A DNA stretch of 64,000 bases from Octopus vulgaris (GCA_951406725.2 OX597818.1:106826001-106890000); one strand, 5' to 3'. Numbered from the stretch's first letter, positions 1 through 14,469 are shown. A program made the numbers and translations. Notes: generated from the letters alone by a model not told the origin.

Positions 1-1074
1 GAATTGTTTTGTTTATTATTTGTTGGATGAATGAGTTAAAGGAGGCAGTTCCATCATGTCTTTTACATGATTGGTCTTGGAACAAAGGATAGAAGTCCAT
101 CTCAGGGTAACTTTCATTAAAATTTTTAGCTTTTTCTAAAAAACTATTCCATAATCGTATTCCTTTTAAAGGTTAAAATAATTGTAGTCGTGAAGCATGA
201 ACGTGAAGAAAAAATGCTCGGATTTTGCTATTATCCCATCATTCGTCTGCTTCTTTCCTTTATGATATGCACCTTGTGTTAATGAGAATGTGAAGGTCCT
301 TACTTATTCACATGCAGAAACCTTATAAACTGTCGACTATTTATAGAAAGTAATGTTGTCTTAACATTGGCTGACTGAGATGAATTATGTCATACCACAC
401 ACAGTATATAACATGGATGTATAACATATTATGTTATGTGTTTTCTGGAATTAGACACGAACCACTTACATCAAGTAACTGATTTCATTTATCAAAACAC
501 ACTATATCCCTGAACAATAGGTTTTATTAGTTATTTGATCTTTTAAGGACATCTAACGAGTTAATCAATGATTCACAGCATTTTTAGGCAGAAAATAAAA
601 GGTTTTGTGTATTCAGCTATGAAACATTTTTGATATAACATTGAAGATGATTCCAAGAAGTGCTTCCAGAAGTTTGGTTCATACACTGATGGATGAACAC
701 AGAAGCACTCATCTTGTGTGTGACTTTCAGAATCAGATGTCAAGAAGATGTGTACATTGCTGGTTTCAGCAAAGCCTGTGGTAATACAAATCTGAGTTCC
801 AATATGCCGTAGTTTGTGTATATTTCAAAGAGTTCTGAGGTTGGAAAAAACTGCCCCTTACAGGATGACGGCAGATGTTTAAAATGAGATTTAAAATCAT
901 TTTTAAAAACTGTGATAATTCTGAAATTTTTTATTTAAATGAAATTGAGGTGGGTCAAGGATACTATGTGAACTATTAACATCAGTAACATCAACAACAA
1001 AGATCACAGCCCTTCTTGAATAACAAGGGAAAATTTCTTATCTTTTATTTGTTTCAGTTACTTGACAAGGGGGG

Positions 1075-1395
1075 ACTGAAAATGGATCTCTGATGAACTT
1101 GTACCTGTAAACTAAATTCATTGATGCTCATTGCTGACATTCACCTTACTGGCAGCATCCTTGTGCATGGCTTGTATACCTCTCAACAACCACTCATCTA
1201 TCCCAAGCTTCTGCATTGACCTCCAGATAAGGGAGCAGGGGTCTCCAAGTCAACAAAAGTTAAGTAGAGAGGTTTATTCTTGGCTAAATGCTTCTCTTGT
1301 AGTTGCCTTACCAGGAAGATAGTTCCAGCAGTACTTCTCCTTGGCACAGACTGAATTGCATCTCATCCAAGCTAACCTTGTCTCTCAATATCAGA
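1075..1395 (-). mobile_element. RTE-clade LINE fragment (reverse transcriptase region), decayed
   Basis: Minus-strand translation gives KVSLDEMQF and LIWRSMQKLGIDEWLLRGIQAMHKDAASKV, matching the RTE RT copy at 50128-50629; frameshifted. Confidence 0.85.
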
Positions 1396-1399
1396 GTGC

Positions 1400-1840
1400 A
1401 TTTATGTGGGTAAGTGTGTATATGTGTGAGTGTCTTTGTGCGAGTATGTGAGTGAATGTGTGTAAAAACACTTATGGAAATACTGAAATACTGTTGATTC
1501 AAGAGAGACAAATGCACCCCCCTCACACACACAAACTTGCACAGTGAAAGAGAAATATAATATTTGATACATTCATTTCAACTGAAAATTAAAGCGTGAT
1601 GAGGTTCCCTGATACATTAGATTCTGTTCAACTGTCCAACCCATTCCAGCATGGAAAGCAGATGCTAATTGATGCTGTAAATGTGTGTGTGTGTGCACAC
1701 GCATGTGTGTGAATATGTGCATGTGTGTATGCAGGTATGTGCATGTGTGTGTGTTTGTACATGTAAGTGTGAGATTGTGTGTATGTGGGTGCAAAAATAC
1801 ACAAACAAGTACACACACACACACACACACATACACATGT
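1400..1840. repeat. Degenerate (TG/CA)n microsatellite patches
   Basis: Visible dinucleotide runs; source of the VC/HT low-complexity ORFs. Confidence 0.85.
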
Positions 1841-2969
1841 ATATTGTAGGCAAAAAGGGGAATAAAATTTAGCAAGAACAAAACAAAGAACTCGAATGTA
1901 ACATCGTTTTTATTGGTTTGTTTTTCTTATCACTTATAGATTTTCTTTGAAAAGTGCATTGAACATCCAAACGAGATGACTAAGCTATTAAATCTCATGT
2001 GGTATCGAGTTCTATCGACATATAGTTCTCTCAAGGTTGACTTTGCTTTTGTCTTTCCAATTTCACAAAAACCATTACTTGTAGTCCCCCCCCCAACAAA
2101 CTGTAGCCTTGAGCTTTTGTTACTCACTAATATTTCACTCTTACTAGAACTTCTAAGCTTTTCATCATTCTCTGCTTTAAATTGATTTTCCAATAGAGTC
2201 ACCTTTGACTGCTTCTGTCTGATGATAACTATATGGAACCTGATATGTACTGAACTAAAGCTGGAGCGTCGATCCACAACTCCAAAAAAGGAGTTTAAAA
2301 ACGATCTTAAACTCCTTTTGATATCAGAGTTTTTATGATTGATCAATAATTGAGAAGCTTCATGTGTCTCACTTTAACGTTTATTTCATATTTTATGAGA
2401 AATGTAAACAAATTTCTTATTTTACAAGCTCCAACTTTGCCTGGAATATGATGTAAGTAGTGAAGCTACTGTCTTTAGTGGCACCTGAGATTCTGACTTT
2501 AGTGATGTCACAGTATATTCCTTGAATACATAATTCCTAGATTCCTAGATCAACTTTGAAGAAGATCAGTCTATTCTGCTTGTGGTCAGATGTGCAAATA
2601 AATGTATACTAAAAAAACCAACGACATCAAGATACAACAACAATAACATACTTTATATTTACCATAAGGGTAAATATGATGAGAGGGACATTACAAAGAC
2701 AGGTTATAGTCTGTGTGTAAATTTACATACAATTGACCTGTCCAACCCATGCCCTAGTCCAACCCATGCTAGCATGGAAAGCAGACGCTAAACGATGATG
2801 ATGACAAGAAGAAAACAGATACAAGCCAAGATGGAGAACTGAAATGGAAAGTATTTATGGCATACAAAATATGTGAATACTTGGATGATGTGTCTTTCTT
2901 GATACAGGAGAGCCTTCAGCAAGGGTCTCATTGACCACTAAGGGTATCAACCCTCAGCCAGATGTTTTC

Positions 2970-3400
2970 ACCAATCTACTGGGGCATGACTGAAGTAGTT
3001 CCATTTACACTATTTTTGTCAGTCACCCACTTATTGGAACTTCTACCAACTGGTTTACCTGACTGATAGAGGGTCATAAGTACCAAATGAAATCCCTGAT
3101 GCCAGGTACCCAATTTTAGTCCTTTTATGATCAAGGATTGCAGTTCAGTCAAAGACACTACAGAAAAGTGTCCCTTACAATTTGAGACCAATCCTGGTGT
3201 CTGCCTGCAAAACTCTGCTGATAACCCCAGCCTCCGCCTCAGCAGGAATGGCATGCTGAGTCTGCCTTCCAGAGTACACTGGCAACAGATTAACCATTTG
3301 ACCAGTGAAACATGTCCTTTGCACTGGAAGCAGAAGAGCAGACACTCCCAATGGTCAGATGTAGACTGAGGCAAAGCATGAGGATCAGGAATTAACAATA
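2970..3400 (-). mobile_element. Possible L1/Tx1-like non-LTR retroelement C-terminal remnant
   Basis: Minus ORF motifs RLGLSAEF, KGLKLGT and KWVTDKNSVNGTT resemble the C-terminus of Tx1-like ORF2 as I recall it; weak and unverified. Confidence 0.3.
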
Positions 3401-3904
3401 AATTCTAGAATACCTGAATATCAATCGGACATTACTAAAATATTTCAAAATTCTCCCCTTCAATTATATTCATACACCTCTTCTCTTATCAATTTTATAT
3501 ACACAAGTGCTTACAAATCAATATTCAATATCATTTTATGCTTACAACCTCCTGTCTTTATTTCTATCCTTACATTACTCGTATACTTTTATATTATGCA
3601 TGCACCAAACTTTTTTTTAATCTTTATATCACATATATGCCACAATAATTCTTTTTAACCTTTATTGAATGTATACAACAAATTATTTTTTAACAGATTG
3701 CTTTTGTGATACATTTAATGTTGAATGTTCAGTGGCTGAGGTGGCTGATATTGTTGGAAGCATCTGATCCCTTTTGATTTGATTTGCTCTTAGTCAGAGT
3801 TAATGACTCAGTATGCAACTCAACAACATAAGCAAAGGGAAAAGAAAGCTGACGACGATGACGATGATTCTTCTATGTTTGGCACAAGGCCAGCAATTTT
3901 AAGA

Positions 3905-4237
3905 GGAGTTGTGATACTCATGCCAGTGGCATGTAAAAAGCACCATCCGAACGTGGCTGTTGCCAGTGCCGCCTTGACTGGCTTCTATGCCGGTGGTACA
4001 TAAAAAGCACCAACCAATTGTGGTTGCTGCCAGCCTCCCCTGGCACCTGTGCCGGTGGCACGTAAAAAGCACCCACTACACTCTTGGAGTGGTTGGCGTT
4101 AGGAAGGGCATCCAGGTGTAGAAACACTGCCAGATCAGACTGGAGCCTGGTGCAGCCTCCTGGCTTCCCAGACCCTGGTCGAACCATCCAACCTATGCTG
4201 GCATGGAAAACGGATGTTAAACGATGATGATGATGAT
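3905..4237 (+). mobile_element. RTE LINE 3' UTR/tail ending in (GAT)n
   Basis: GGCACGTAAAAAGCACC subrepeats, GAGTGGTTGGCGTTAGGAAGGGCATCCAG and ...CATGGAAAACGGATGTTAAACGATGATGAT; the same tail follows RT-coding sequence at ~59.4-60.4 kb. Confidence 0.85.
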
Positions 4238-4429
4238 GGAACAAGTTAATTACATAGACTCTAGTATTTAACTGGTACTTATTTCATTGATCCGAGACTT
4301 TAAAGGATTTGAGCTCAAAATGTAAAGAGCTGGAAGAAATTCCACTAAGGGTCCCGTCAATCCACTCCCTTAACAGTAGAAGTGGTGGTGGTAGTAGAAG
4401 TATTATTATCAGTATTAGTAGTAGTAATA

Positions 4430-4730
4430 TCCAAGGTATTGCACCTAGAAATTTACCCTCCGAGGCACAAGTCCATCAAGGTCGTTTATGGAAGACCAGC
4501 AGTTGTCTATGTATATCAGCCTCTCCTCTCCACACCACTGATGTTATCCAAGGGCAAGGCAAAGGGGCCAATACAGCTTGGCACACAGCTTGGAAAACAC
4601 CAATACAGCTGAATGAACTGGAGCAATGTGAAATAAAGTGTCTTGCTCAAGAACACAACACACAGCCCAGTCTGGGAATCAAATTCAGTACCTCATGATT
4701 GTGAGTCCAACACTCTAACCACTGTGCCTT
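4430..4730 (-). mobile_element. tRNA-derived SINE (V-domain-like centre)
   Basis: Minus strand starts GGCACAGTGGTTAGAGTGTTGGACTC (A-box-like), then a degenerate B-box and GTGTTCTTGAGCAAGACACT. Confidence 0.6.
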
Positions 4731-4734
4731 CAAT

Positions 4735-4830
4735 AGCAGCAGCAGCAGCAGCAGCAGGAGCTGCAGCAGCAGTAGTAGTAGTAGTAGTAGCAGCAGTAGT
4801 AGTAGTAGTAGTAGTAGTTATAATAATAAT
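4735..4830. repeat. (GCA)n/(GTA)n/(ATA)n compound trinucleotide repeat
   Basis: Directly visible. Confidence 0.95.
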
Positions 4831-5279
4831 GGTGAAAAGCCTTCAGTAACATCTTTAGAAGCTGTGCAAAGACAATAAAATAGTAATAATAATAATAATA
4901 ATCTTTAGTTGTGGTGGTCCATATGGACCTAAATGCTATTTTTTTCCGAATGAGCCTCCTTTTAGACTGATTTGAAAATATAGAGTATTTAGGACCCTGT
5001 TGAAGTTGTTGCTGATGGGAGCCCCCTCATTGAATTCCAGTTGAGAAAGCCTACAACCAAGAAATTGCCCACAACAACTTTTCATTCTGGCATCCAGCAC
5101 TATTATCAGATGTAGTTTTTGTTTGTTGAGATGGTGGTGGTGGCGGCAATTTGAGGAAGATGTGGATGCTATTTATAAACAGTGCTTCTAACTAGTTATA
5201 CAACCAGCTAGAAATGATAACCAAATCTCACTCAGATAATGCCCAGCCATTTTAAAAAGACATTCACATAAATGTTGCC

Positions 5280-6830
5280 ATGTCTGAAGGTTTGGAAAGG
5301 GAATTTCTTTCAAGTGGATCGGACTCTAATGGTAGAAGCTTGTTGTGTAACAAACGGTCTCTTGCATATCCAGAGAGTTTGTATTTCTTAATATTTCTGT
5401 TTTACAAAGTAACTGCGCTGGAGGTTTTTGTCTACAGACAACTTGTGAGAATTTACAGGATGCTGTTTTGTGTATTTTTTAGTGTATTGGGGTTTCTTGG
5501 AGAGAGTTTGGAAGCCAAACAGTTATAATTTCACAATAAACCCAACGCATTGTCCGTTGTTTATTTCTGTTAAGCAAATGTCATGCCTGTGTTTATTACA
5601 CCTTGTATGTCTGATGTTATTTCAACTGCCTTCTATGTGTTTTGTTAATATTTTGGAAGTGTTGAAGAGTGTCCCTAGTTTTTATGAAGTTCACTATTTC
5701 TGGTATGTAACTGAGATCAGTTTTTATGTTGCTTCTTGAGAGCTGGTTGTTGGATGAATCTGTAATTACCTTTTAAAATGTGCATTAAACAATGTCGAAA
5801 GTTGTTTCATGTAGTCTTCTCCAAATTTATAAAAATTACCTTTGCTTGTTTCCCATTGGTATGCAATGAGTGCTCAGTGAGGATAAGTGGTGGACAGTTC
5901 AGGTATTGTTTGATGGTTGGTTGTAGTAGCTGAGCCTATTGAGTGGCCAGAATGCAGCGGGGTGGGTGCAGTTGTTATGGTTGGCTTCCTGATGTGTGTG
6001 TGTGTGTGTGTGGGGGGGTATTGGTGCTGTTTGTTTAGAATATAAAAGGAATATAGTTGTAAAGTATTTATTTTGCCTCTTGCATCACTGCATGAGTTGA
6101 AAAGCTAGAACATATTGAGTGCACTGATGTTTCCTCAAAGACAGTGTCTGGCAGAATGTTAAAGTGCTGCAGTCGGGCCGTGTAACCTGGTGAGATGTTT
6201 TGCAATGTTAAAGGTAGTATGTGTTTACTCTTTACATTTAGATGCTTTGCATTGTTGGTTTTTTCGAAAATATTTTTGAAAGCTTTCATTTCTTGTATGG
6301 TGTCATCTATCAATTTATGAATGTCATTTCTGATATCTACGTAAAAGATACACGATTTTACATATGTTATCAAAGCTTTGTGTGATAAGCAATGCCTAAC
6401 CTGATCAGGGTATAATTATGAAAGATGCAGTGTTCAGTGTTGAGGTAGCAAAACTGCTTCCTGAATTATTATTTCTGGATGAATGTCATGTTTGATGATA
6501 AAATATTTTAGTTACATAAAAATAATATTCTTTTGTAGTATTTAAAATTTTTTAGAGATGTTTGCAAAGTAATATTATTTATGTATAAAAGTTTTTTTTA
6601 ATGCTGTGGGAATCTGACATTCCAAAAGGTGATAATAACAGTACTTTCGGTTTTATCATTTTGCTTTCATTGCTAATGTTATTCTTTCTGTTGAGTATTT
6701 TTGTGAAGTTTTGTATTTTATATTCTAGAAAACATCTTTTTGGAGGTTTTAGCATTTGTTTCACGCAGAGCCATAACTTGCATTGTTTTCTGCTAGGCAT
6801 TTGTATGTGTTGGAGATAACAATTCCATAT
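5280..6830 (-). mobile_element. Highly decayed Penelope-like element (post-RT / GIY-YIG region)
   Basis: Minus-strand EKTNNAKHLNVKSKH resembles the PLE KP..YIN..SNH motif, with further weak linker-like similarity around 5.5-5.9 kb; many stops. Confidence 0.35.
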
Positions 6831-7069
6831 GATGACCCTACACTGTTCACCCAACACCTTTTCCTCCTTTTTGGCATATTTATTAAGGATTACTTAACCT
6901 GGAATGTTTATTTAATTTTAAGAGATATTAGCACACAATTTGAAGGAGATTTGTTTGTCAGTAAAAGCAGGTCAAACAGCCCATATAGAGGGCCTTTGTG
7001 GAAGAAGATCAGCGCAAGTTCAGTAATTCGATAAAAGGGGAAGGAGGAAGAGAAGGAAATAGAGAACAT

Positions 7070-9005
7070 CATCATCACTATTTAACATCCGCTTTCCATG
7101 ATGGCATGGGTTGGATGGTTTGAGAGGAGCTGGCCAGCTGGTGAGCTGCCCATGCTCCAGTTGTCTATTTCGACAAGGTTTCTGTGGCAGGATGCCCTTC
7201 CTAATGCCAACCACTTCACAGATTGTACTGGGTGCTTTTTATGTGGAACCACCAGCATGGTTACTTTATACATGGCCCTAGCACGGGTGCTTTTCATGTG
7301 GCACCAGCAAGGGTGCTTTTTACGTGGCCCCAAAATGGGTACTTTTACATGACACTGAAATGGGTGCTTTTTATGTGACACCAACAAATGTAAGCCCACA
7401 AGACAAAAAGCTCTCAGCTGGGAGAAGGAGTGGTGAGTGTGGCCATAAAGGCCATATCTGTATGTATGGATAGCCATTATTTTACTTGGCTTGATGTGTC
7501 TTCAGGTGCACAACAAATTACCTGAAGTCTCAGTCCCTTGTCCAATGAGGTCCAATGTCTGAAAGTCCTTTTTCACCATTTCTCCCATATCTTTCTGGGT
7601 GTACATCTACCACAGTTACGCTCCACAATTAGAGATTGGCACTTCTTTATGCAGCTGACCTCATCCTTACATAACCACATCACATCACAGGATTATACCA
7701 GCTCAGTCTTCTCTCTTGCAAACTACATCTGATGTCTCTTACGTCCTGTTTGTCTCTTCAATCATTTACACTCTCTCATACATGCCTGCTGACGTTACTC
7801 ATCCAGCAGAGCATGCTGGCTTCATTTATTTCAAAGCCTTCATATGTCTTCTGTTGTCACAGTCCATGTTTCATGGTCATATAGGAAAGCTGAGGCATCA
7901 TACAATCTACAATTCACTCTGAGGGAGAAGCCCTTTGTTACTAACTCTCTGAACGTTCCCCATCCCATTCTTATCCTAGCAGCTACACTTTCAGAACTTC
8001 CTCTTCTGCTGATAACTTGGTCTCCAAGGTAACGGAAGCTATCTACTACTTCTAAAGATTCCCTCAAGCATTTCAAAAAGCCTATTTCTGTGCATTTTTA
8101 GAGTTTATGGTACATCTGCCACATACAAAAATTACTTTTTCTATTAACCTTCTTGTGATATTGCTGCACCTCTTATGTGTCCAAAACTTGCACTGGACTT
8201 TCTACTAACACATTGCTTACATACCAAGCAGGGCTATCTCCCCAAAGAGATTTGTGATTTGTCTTTTTTCCTATTTACCAGGACTTTGGTTTTTGATAAA
8301 TTATCTCTAAGGCTTTTAAACTCTACACCTTGCTTCCATTCCTGAAATTTCTTCTCTTATTCTTGTAGTGATTCAGCAATAAGAACAAGGTAATTAGTGT
8401 AGAGGAACTCCCAAGGACAGCCAGTCATGAATTCCTTTGTTATGGCCCAGAGGACTATGATAAACAAGAGGGAACTGGGAACTGATCCTTGGTGAACTCC
8501 TACTTGTACACTAATTTCATTTCTATACTTGTTGCTGACTTTCACCTTACAAATAGCACCTATGTACATGGCTGGTACCACTTCCACCAACCACTCATCT
8601 ATCCCTAGTTTCCACATCGATCCCCAGATGTGGGAGCAGGGAACTCTGTTAAAGGCTTTCTCCAAATGAGCAAAAGCCAAGTACAGAGGTTTATACTTGG
8701 TTAAATACAAAGGGGTGCTGAAAAGTTCCTGGTTTCAGGTAACAGAAAATACATATTTAACATATTTCCCTCTCAGATTTACATAATTATTGCAGTGGTC
8801 CTTCAGTTTTTCTAAGGTCTGTAAAAGATCTCAGAAGGTTGGGCCTCCAGCCAGGCCTTTTGCCATATCCTCAAAGCCAGGAACTTTTCAGCACAGTCTC
8901 ATCTTTCTCCTGCAGTTGCCTTACCAGGAACATAGCATCAGTAGTACTTCTCCCTGTCACAAAACCAAACTGCTTCTCATCCATGCTCACTCACTTCCCA
9001 ATTAA
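7070..9005 (-). mobile_element. 5'-truncated RTE LINE (RT C-half plus 3' tail), interrupted by a MITE
   Basis: Minus ORFs KPLYLAFAHLEKAFNRVP, VGVHQGSVPSSLLFIIV and LEVVDSFRYLGDQV..ESVAARIRMGW; (CAT)n tail near 7070. Confidence 0.92.
8708..8900. mobile_element. mariner-type MITE nested in the RTE
   Basis: TIRs GTGCTGAAAAGTTCCTGG (8715-8732) and CCAGGAACTTTTCAGCAC (8877-8894); preceded by TA; splits the RTE motif RQLQEK|YLTK. Confidence 0.8.
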
Positions 9006-9127
9006 TTGAGCTGCAACTTTCAATAGGGTTATAATCTTCAAGTTGATCTTTGAGCAGGGTTTCTACGTAAACTGGGTGAATTTAGTGGAGAAAATGCTTA
9101 ATTGTAAGTGTTCCAGGCCAATAATTG

Positions 9128-9171
<44 letters not shown>

Positions 9172-9191
9172 GGAGAATGAGGGAAAGAGGG

Positions 9192-9232
<41 letters not shown>
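9128..9232. repeat. (GA)n microsatellite
   Basis: Directly visible. Confidence 0.95.
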
Positions 9233-9235
<3 letters not shown>

Positions 9236-10399
9236 ACCTCAACAGCCTATAATATTAAGATTTGATTTAAAATGTAGCAAGTTCAAAAACCATTTGTATT
9301 CCGGAAGATATAATTCCACAATGGACTAGCAGCTTGAGAGCAGGTAATGAGTGATATTTGTAAAAGTCTCTCTCAATTGAAAGACATTACCAAATTATTT
9401 TAAACAAAGTGCTCAGTCTTGTTTCATGGGTCTAATAAGTTTATTGCACTTGGATCATCTGAGTGTATAAAGATCTTTACACTATTTTACTGCTGTAGAA
9501 CTAAATCTGTTGAGGGAACTAAATCTGAGAGTGAAATTCACCTTTTATCTGTAGTGAGTTCATTTGAGTTATTTTGCCAAATCTCTTTGAATATCACAGC
9601 ATCTCATCCTGCTGTAGGTCTGAGATATCATATTTGATACGTGAAATAATTATTTCATTAATACATTAAAAAATTAAAGGATCCACATTTGTTAATATAA
9701 CATATTTTGCAGTGTTTTCTTTGAGGCAGACTGTACCGAAAACAGAAATTGATTTTACCAAAATCATTCAGTGCTGTAGTTTTGGATGTCCATTAATATA
9801 TTCCACATGTTTAATAAATCTTTCAAAATGTAATGAGTTCTTACATTATTGTCTAAAACAAATAAGTTGCAATATAGCTTGTTGCTTTAAAGTTTTGCTG
9901 AGAAAATATATTGGGTAACCGTTAATTGATTGTTTGTCAGCTCTTTCTAACTCATCGCCTTTCACATTAACAATATGATGTCCTTCTTTTATGGAGAAAC
10001 ATAAAGTCAAACTTTTAATTCATGAAGCATTGATGTGGCTTCTGCTAAAAAGCTGAAAGCTTATGTCTCGCTATAAGATTTAATCTGCAAAATTGTGTGA
10101 ATCTATAAGAAAGATTAACTCAATCAAGGAAAAAAAGTATGATGAACATATAAGATTGCAGTCCAAACTGGAAAGTGGTCAATTCGGTGAAGTTATAGAG
10201 TAACTAATAAAAAGAAGCCAGATGAAAATATTATTCTCAGCATGAGCTACAGTAAATCAGATTGCAGGAAACATTGATATTTACCCAATACATCTGGCTA
10301 CAATATTAAATGATTGCCAAATCTTATGACCAATGAAATATCAAAAATAGCTTCTTCAGATTCATATATCCAGCACAAAAGACAAGAGACAAAAAGTGA

Positions 10400-10463
10400 A
10401 TATATATATAGATGTATACATAAGTACTTGTATGCATACAGACATACATACATGAATGCATAC

Positions 10464-10561
<98 letters not shown>

Positions 10562-10878
10562 TGTATGTATGTATGTATGTATGTATGTGTGTATGTATAA
10601 GTATATATATTTGATTTTTAGAAAATAGAGATGACCAGCTGCTTTCACGCTGCAGGTATATGCTAAAACCACATAAATAAGATTAGAAGTCAATTTTGGA
10701 AGCTGTCAAAGGAAAGGTGAAAATAGCAAGGATTTCTCATCTGTTTAGTTTTCCTATACCTTTTTACATCTGTTATATCTATCTATCTATCTATGTGTTT
10801 GTGCATATACATATATATGTGTATATTTATATATTTATATATATGTGTATATTTATATATACATATTCATCATATTTA

Positions 10879-10934
<56 letters not shown>

Positions 10935-11005
10935 TACATATATATATAGATATATCAGTCATATTAAGTATTTTCCTTCAGTTATGTATATATATGTATG
11001 TATAT
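10400..11005. repeat. (TA)n / (TATG)n microsatellite cluster
   Basis: Directly visible. Confidence 0.9.
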
Positions 11006-11717
11006 GATTAAAAGTAGAAACATGCTTGTGTGTATCATAAACTAGTGATTAGACATTTAGATTAGCTGCTCCAGCAGTAGCAAGAGGAGAAGGAGGAGGA
11101 ACAGGAGCAAGAAGAGGAGGTGGAAAAGGAAGAGGAAGGGGAGAGATGAGGTGGTGTGTGTGTGTGGAAGGGTAACAAAAAGAAGACAAAGACGATGATG
11201 ATGATGATGATGACAGCAGAAAGAAATAGTGAAGAGAGAGAAAGTTCTAGAATTCTGTAATGGCAAGTTAGCTGCCATTACAGATGAACTTTCCTGGGAG
11301 AAAGAGTTTGATGTTGGGGTGGGTTTAATATTTAAGGGTCAGAATGGGGAGAAAGGGGACAAGTGGAGGGTGGATATGAAGACCAAAGAAGTTGGACAAT
11401 TAAAAAAAAGAAATCTTTGAATAAAGAAGTCATTTCATTAGGTTTACTTCATTAAACTTGATTATTTTTTGTTGTGGATGTAGTTGCAGGTAAGATTTAG
11501 TGATTGGCATCACTTTACCATGAACCTGGGGGTGGCTGTGTGGTAGGAAGCTAGTTTCCTAGTGATATGGTTCCACGTTCAATTCCATGGCCTGACACCT
11601 TTTTGTCAATTTTTTTCTGTTTAATTTTTTTTTCTTGTTTTTCTAAGCATTATTTCTTTAGAGTTATTCATGTTTTCTCCCTTTCTTCTGTTTTTATTAG
11701 TTTTGTTTTTCCACTCT

Positions 11718-12117
11718 CTTTTACTCTTTTACTTGTTTCAGTCATTTGACTGCGGCCATGCTGGAGCATCGCCTTTAGTCAAGCAAATCGACCCCAGGAC
11801 TTATTCTTTGGAAGCCTAGTACATATTCTATTGGTCTCTTTTGCCAAATTGTTAAGTTACAGGGACGTAAACACACCAGCATCTGTTGTCAAGTGATGTT
11901 GGGGGGGACAAACACAGACACACAAACACGCACATACATATATATACATATATACGATGGGATTCTTTCAGTTTCTGTCTACCAAATCCACTCACAAGGC
12001 TTTGGTCGGCCTGAGGCTACAGTAGAAGACACTTGCCCAAGATGGCGCACAGTGGCAATGTACCCGGAACCATGTGGTTGGCAAGCAAGCTCCTTACCAC
12101 TCAGCCACTTCTGCACC
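11718..12117 (-). mobile_element. Near full-length tRNA-derived CORE-like SINE
   Basis: Minus strand: GTGGCTGAGTGGTAAG A-box-like head, CCACTGTGCGCCATCTTGGGCAAGTGTCTTCTACT core, internal TA/TG tract, 3' CAGTCAAATGACTGAAACAAGTAAAAG; many sister copies in the window. Confidence 0.85.
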
Positions 12118-12191
12118 TCATTATTATTATATTTACACCTGTAGATACAGGTACAGAAGAAGAACAGGGTAAATTCAATATAAATCAAATT

Positions 12192-12510
12192 TTCTACTAT
12201 AGCCTTGGGCCAACCAAAACCTTGAAAGTAGATTTAATAGATGGAAACTGAAAGAAGCCTGTTGAGTGTGTGTATGTGTGATTGTGTGTGTCTTTGTGTC
12301 TGTGTTTGTCCTCACCATTTCTTGGCAACTGGTGTTGACGTGTTTACATCCTTGTATCCTAGCAGATCAGCAAAAGAGACTGATAGAATAAGTACCAGGC
12401 TTTAAAAAAAAATGATTAAGGTCAATTTGTTCGACTAAAAATTCTTCAGTTCAGTGCTTCAGCATGGCCGTAGTCTAATGACTGAAAAGTAAAAGATTAA
12501 AGATAAAAGA
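12192..12510 (+). mobile_element. 5'-truncated copy of the same CORE-like SINE
   Basis: TTCTACTATAGCCTTGGGCCAACCAAA ... GAATAAGTACCAGGC ... CAGCATGGCCGTAGTCTAATGACTGAAA. Confidence 0.8.
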
Positions 12511-12600
12511 CAAGCAAGAAAGATATGGAATTGAAACCACAAATCGGATTTGATTTATATTGAATCTACCTTGTTCTTCTCTTGCACTCGTATCTCCCGA

Positions 12601-12602
12601 TG

Positions 12603-12669
<67 letters not shown>

Positions 12670-12676
12670 TAATAAT
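12601..12676. repeat. (TAA)n microsatellite
   Basis: Directly visible. Confidence 0.95.
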
Positions 12677-13005
12677 GTTGGCAGAGGGAAAACAAAAAAT
12701 TAACAAAAACAGAAGAAAGGAAGAAAACACAACTCTAAAGAAACAATGCTGAGAAATAAGAAAAAAATTAAAACAAAACTTGATAAAAAGGGATAAGTAA
12801 AAAAAAATATGAGGAGCGTTTGGAATATTTTCAGTTTGTTTTAACTGCAAGCGATTTGATATCTTTCTAGTTTCTTGGTCTCTGCTGCTCATGAAACAAA
12901 ACAAAAACATTTCCCTGTGAAGTAGAATTGCAATATTTCTTTGTATGGTTGGACGACAAAATCATATCTTTGCAAACAGTCACAAAAAAGTAAACATTTA
13001 GAAAA

Positions 13006-13045
<40 letters not shown>

Positions 13046-13101
13046 AAGGAACGTATATGTATTTGTGTGTTTATATGCACGCACACACATAGATAAATAT
13101 A

Positions 13102-13137
<36 letters not shown>

Positions 13138-13234
13138 TGTATGTATGTATGTATAGTGGTGTTTGTATGTGGAAGATGTGCAAGAGCCATAAAGACCACA
13201 GATACGTAGGAAACTGATTTCTTGAAATATCCTG

Positions 13235-13880
13235 CTGGTTCTCTGTAAGTAGTAGATAATTCCTACTACCTAGGTGACCTAATTAAGAGTGGAGGGGGAT
13301 GTACTGAAAGTGTAATTGCTAGAATAAGAATAGGATGAAAAAAGTGCAGAGAGCTTTTATTGCTGTTGGTAATCAAATGTCTATCTCTCTGATGCATGTG
13401 TACAAACTGAAATGCTGCATGGTTGTGAGATATGGGCCCTGAATGTGTAATACACATGAAGGCTGGAGAAGAACAAAGCTGGTATACTCTTCTGGATGTG
13501 CAATGCCAGTGTGACTGTGTGGCAGAGGGTCAGTGTATTGAGAGAAAAGTTGGGCATTAAAAGGACTATATGCAGTGTACGAAAGAGAAGACTGCCCTGG
13601 TAGGGTCATGTGATGTGCATGAGGAAAGTTGCATAAAGAAGTGGCTCTTGCTTAAAATGGATGGAAGTTATTGAGTGGGGAGACCCAGAAAGACATGAGA
13701 TGAAGTACTGAAGGTTGATCTCAAAACACTGAGCCTTACAAAGGAGATGGCAAAGGACTGAGGCATGTGGCACATTACTGCACTGAAGAAGACCTGCCCA
13801 CCATAACAGAATATAGATCTTAAAACCACAATGCCACATGAAAAGTATTGGTGCTGGTGCCATGTCAAAAGCACTCAATA
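13235..13880 (+). mobile_element. RTE LINE 3' fragment, decayed
   Basis: [29 protein letters not shown] and GRPRKT*DEVLKVDLKTLSL. Confidence 0.85.
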
Positions 13881-14248
13881 ATACACTCAGTTGCAACATC
13901 ACAGAGTTACAACTGTGATGTTGGTAAAACATGTTCTTTGTCTATCTCCTTATTCTCTTGGTGATTTTGGATAAAAAATTATACTAATGAGTTCTTCGAA
14001 TTCAATTAAATTCTATATTTTTATGCAGCTGATGATTGCTCTACATTTTAAATTGATGTAATGTTTGCATTGTTCAATTAAATGGAGTCGCATGGAACGA
14101 TCGTACTGTATTACCTCAGGATATCCTTGTTGTTTATTTTGATTATAATCACCTTATTTTAAATTATATGGATAATATACCGTACTAAATTCTGGGCCTT
14201 CAACTTAAGTACCATATTCATCTGAATCTAAATTTTGCTTAACTTATA

Positions 14249-14285
<37 letters not shown>

Positions 14286-14469
14286 ATTACTGATGAAGGT
14301 TGATTTACAGGGTTTGGGTTTCTCCTAATAAAGATACCTTTATGGTATATCTTCAAACCCTAAAACCTGTTGACCTATGGCCTCTTTAAAATATGGAGGG
14401 GGAAACAATACAAACATAAACAATGGGGATTATCTCCCTTTGGTTTCTGGGATATTCTTATATATATAT

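Noticed and set aside
1930-2346. 138-aa minus-strand ORF in non-repetitive sequence
   Set aside because: No recognisable domain or convincing splice sites; cannot be supported without BLAST or RNA-seq
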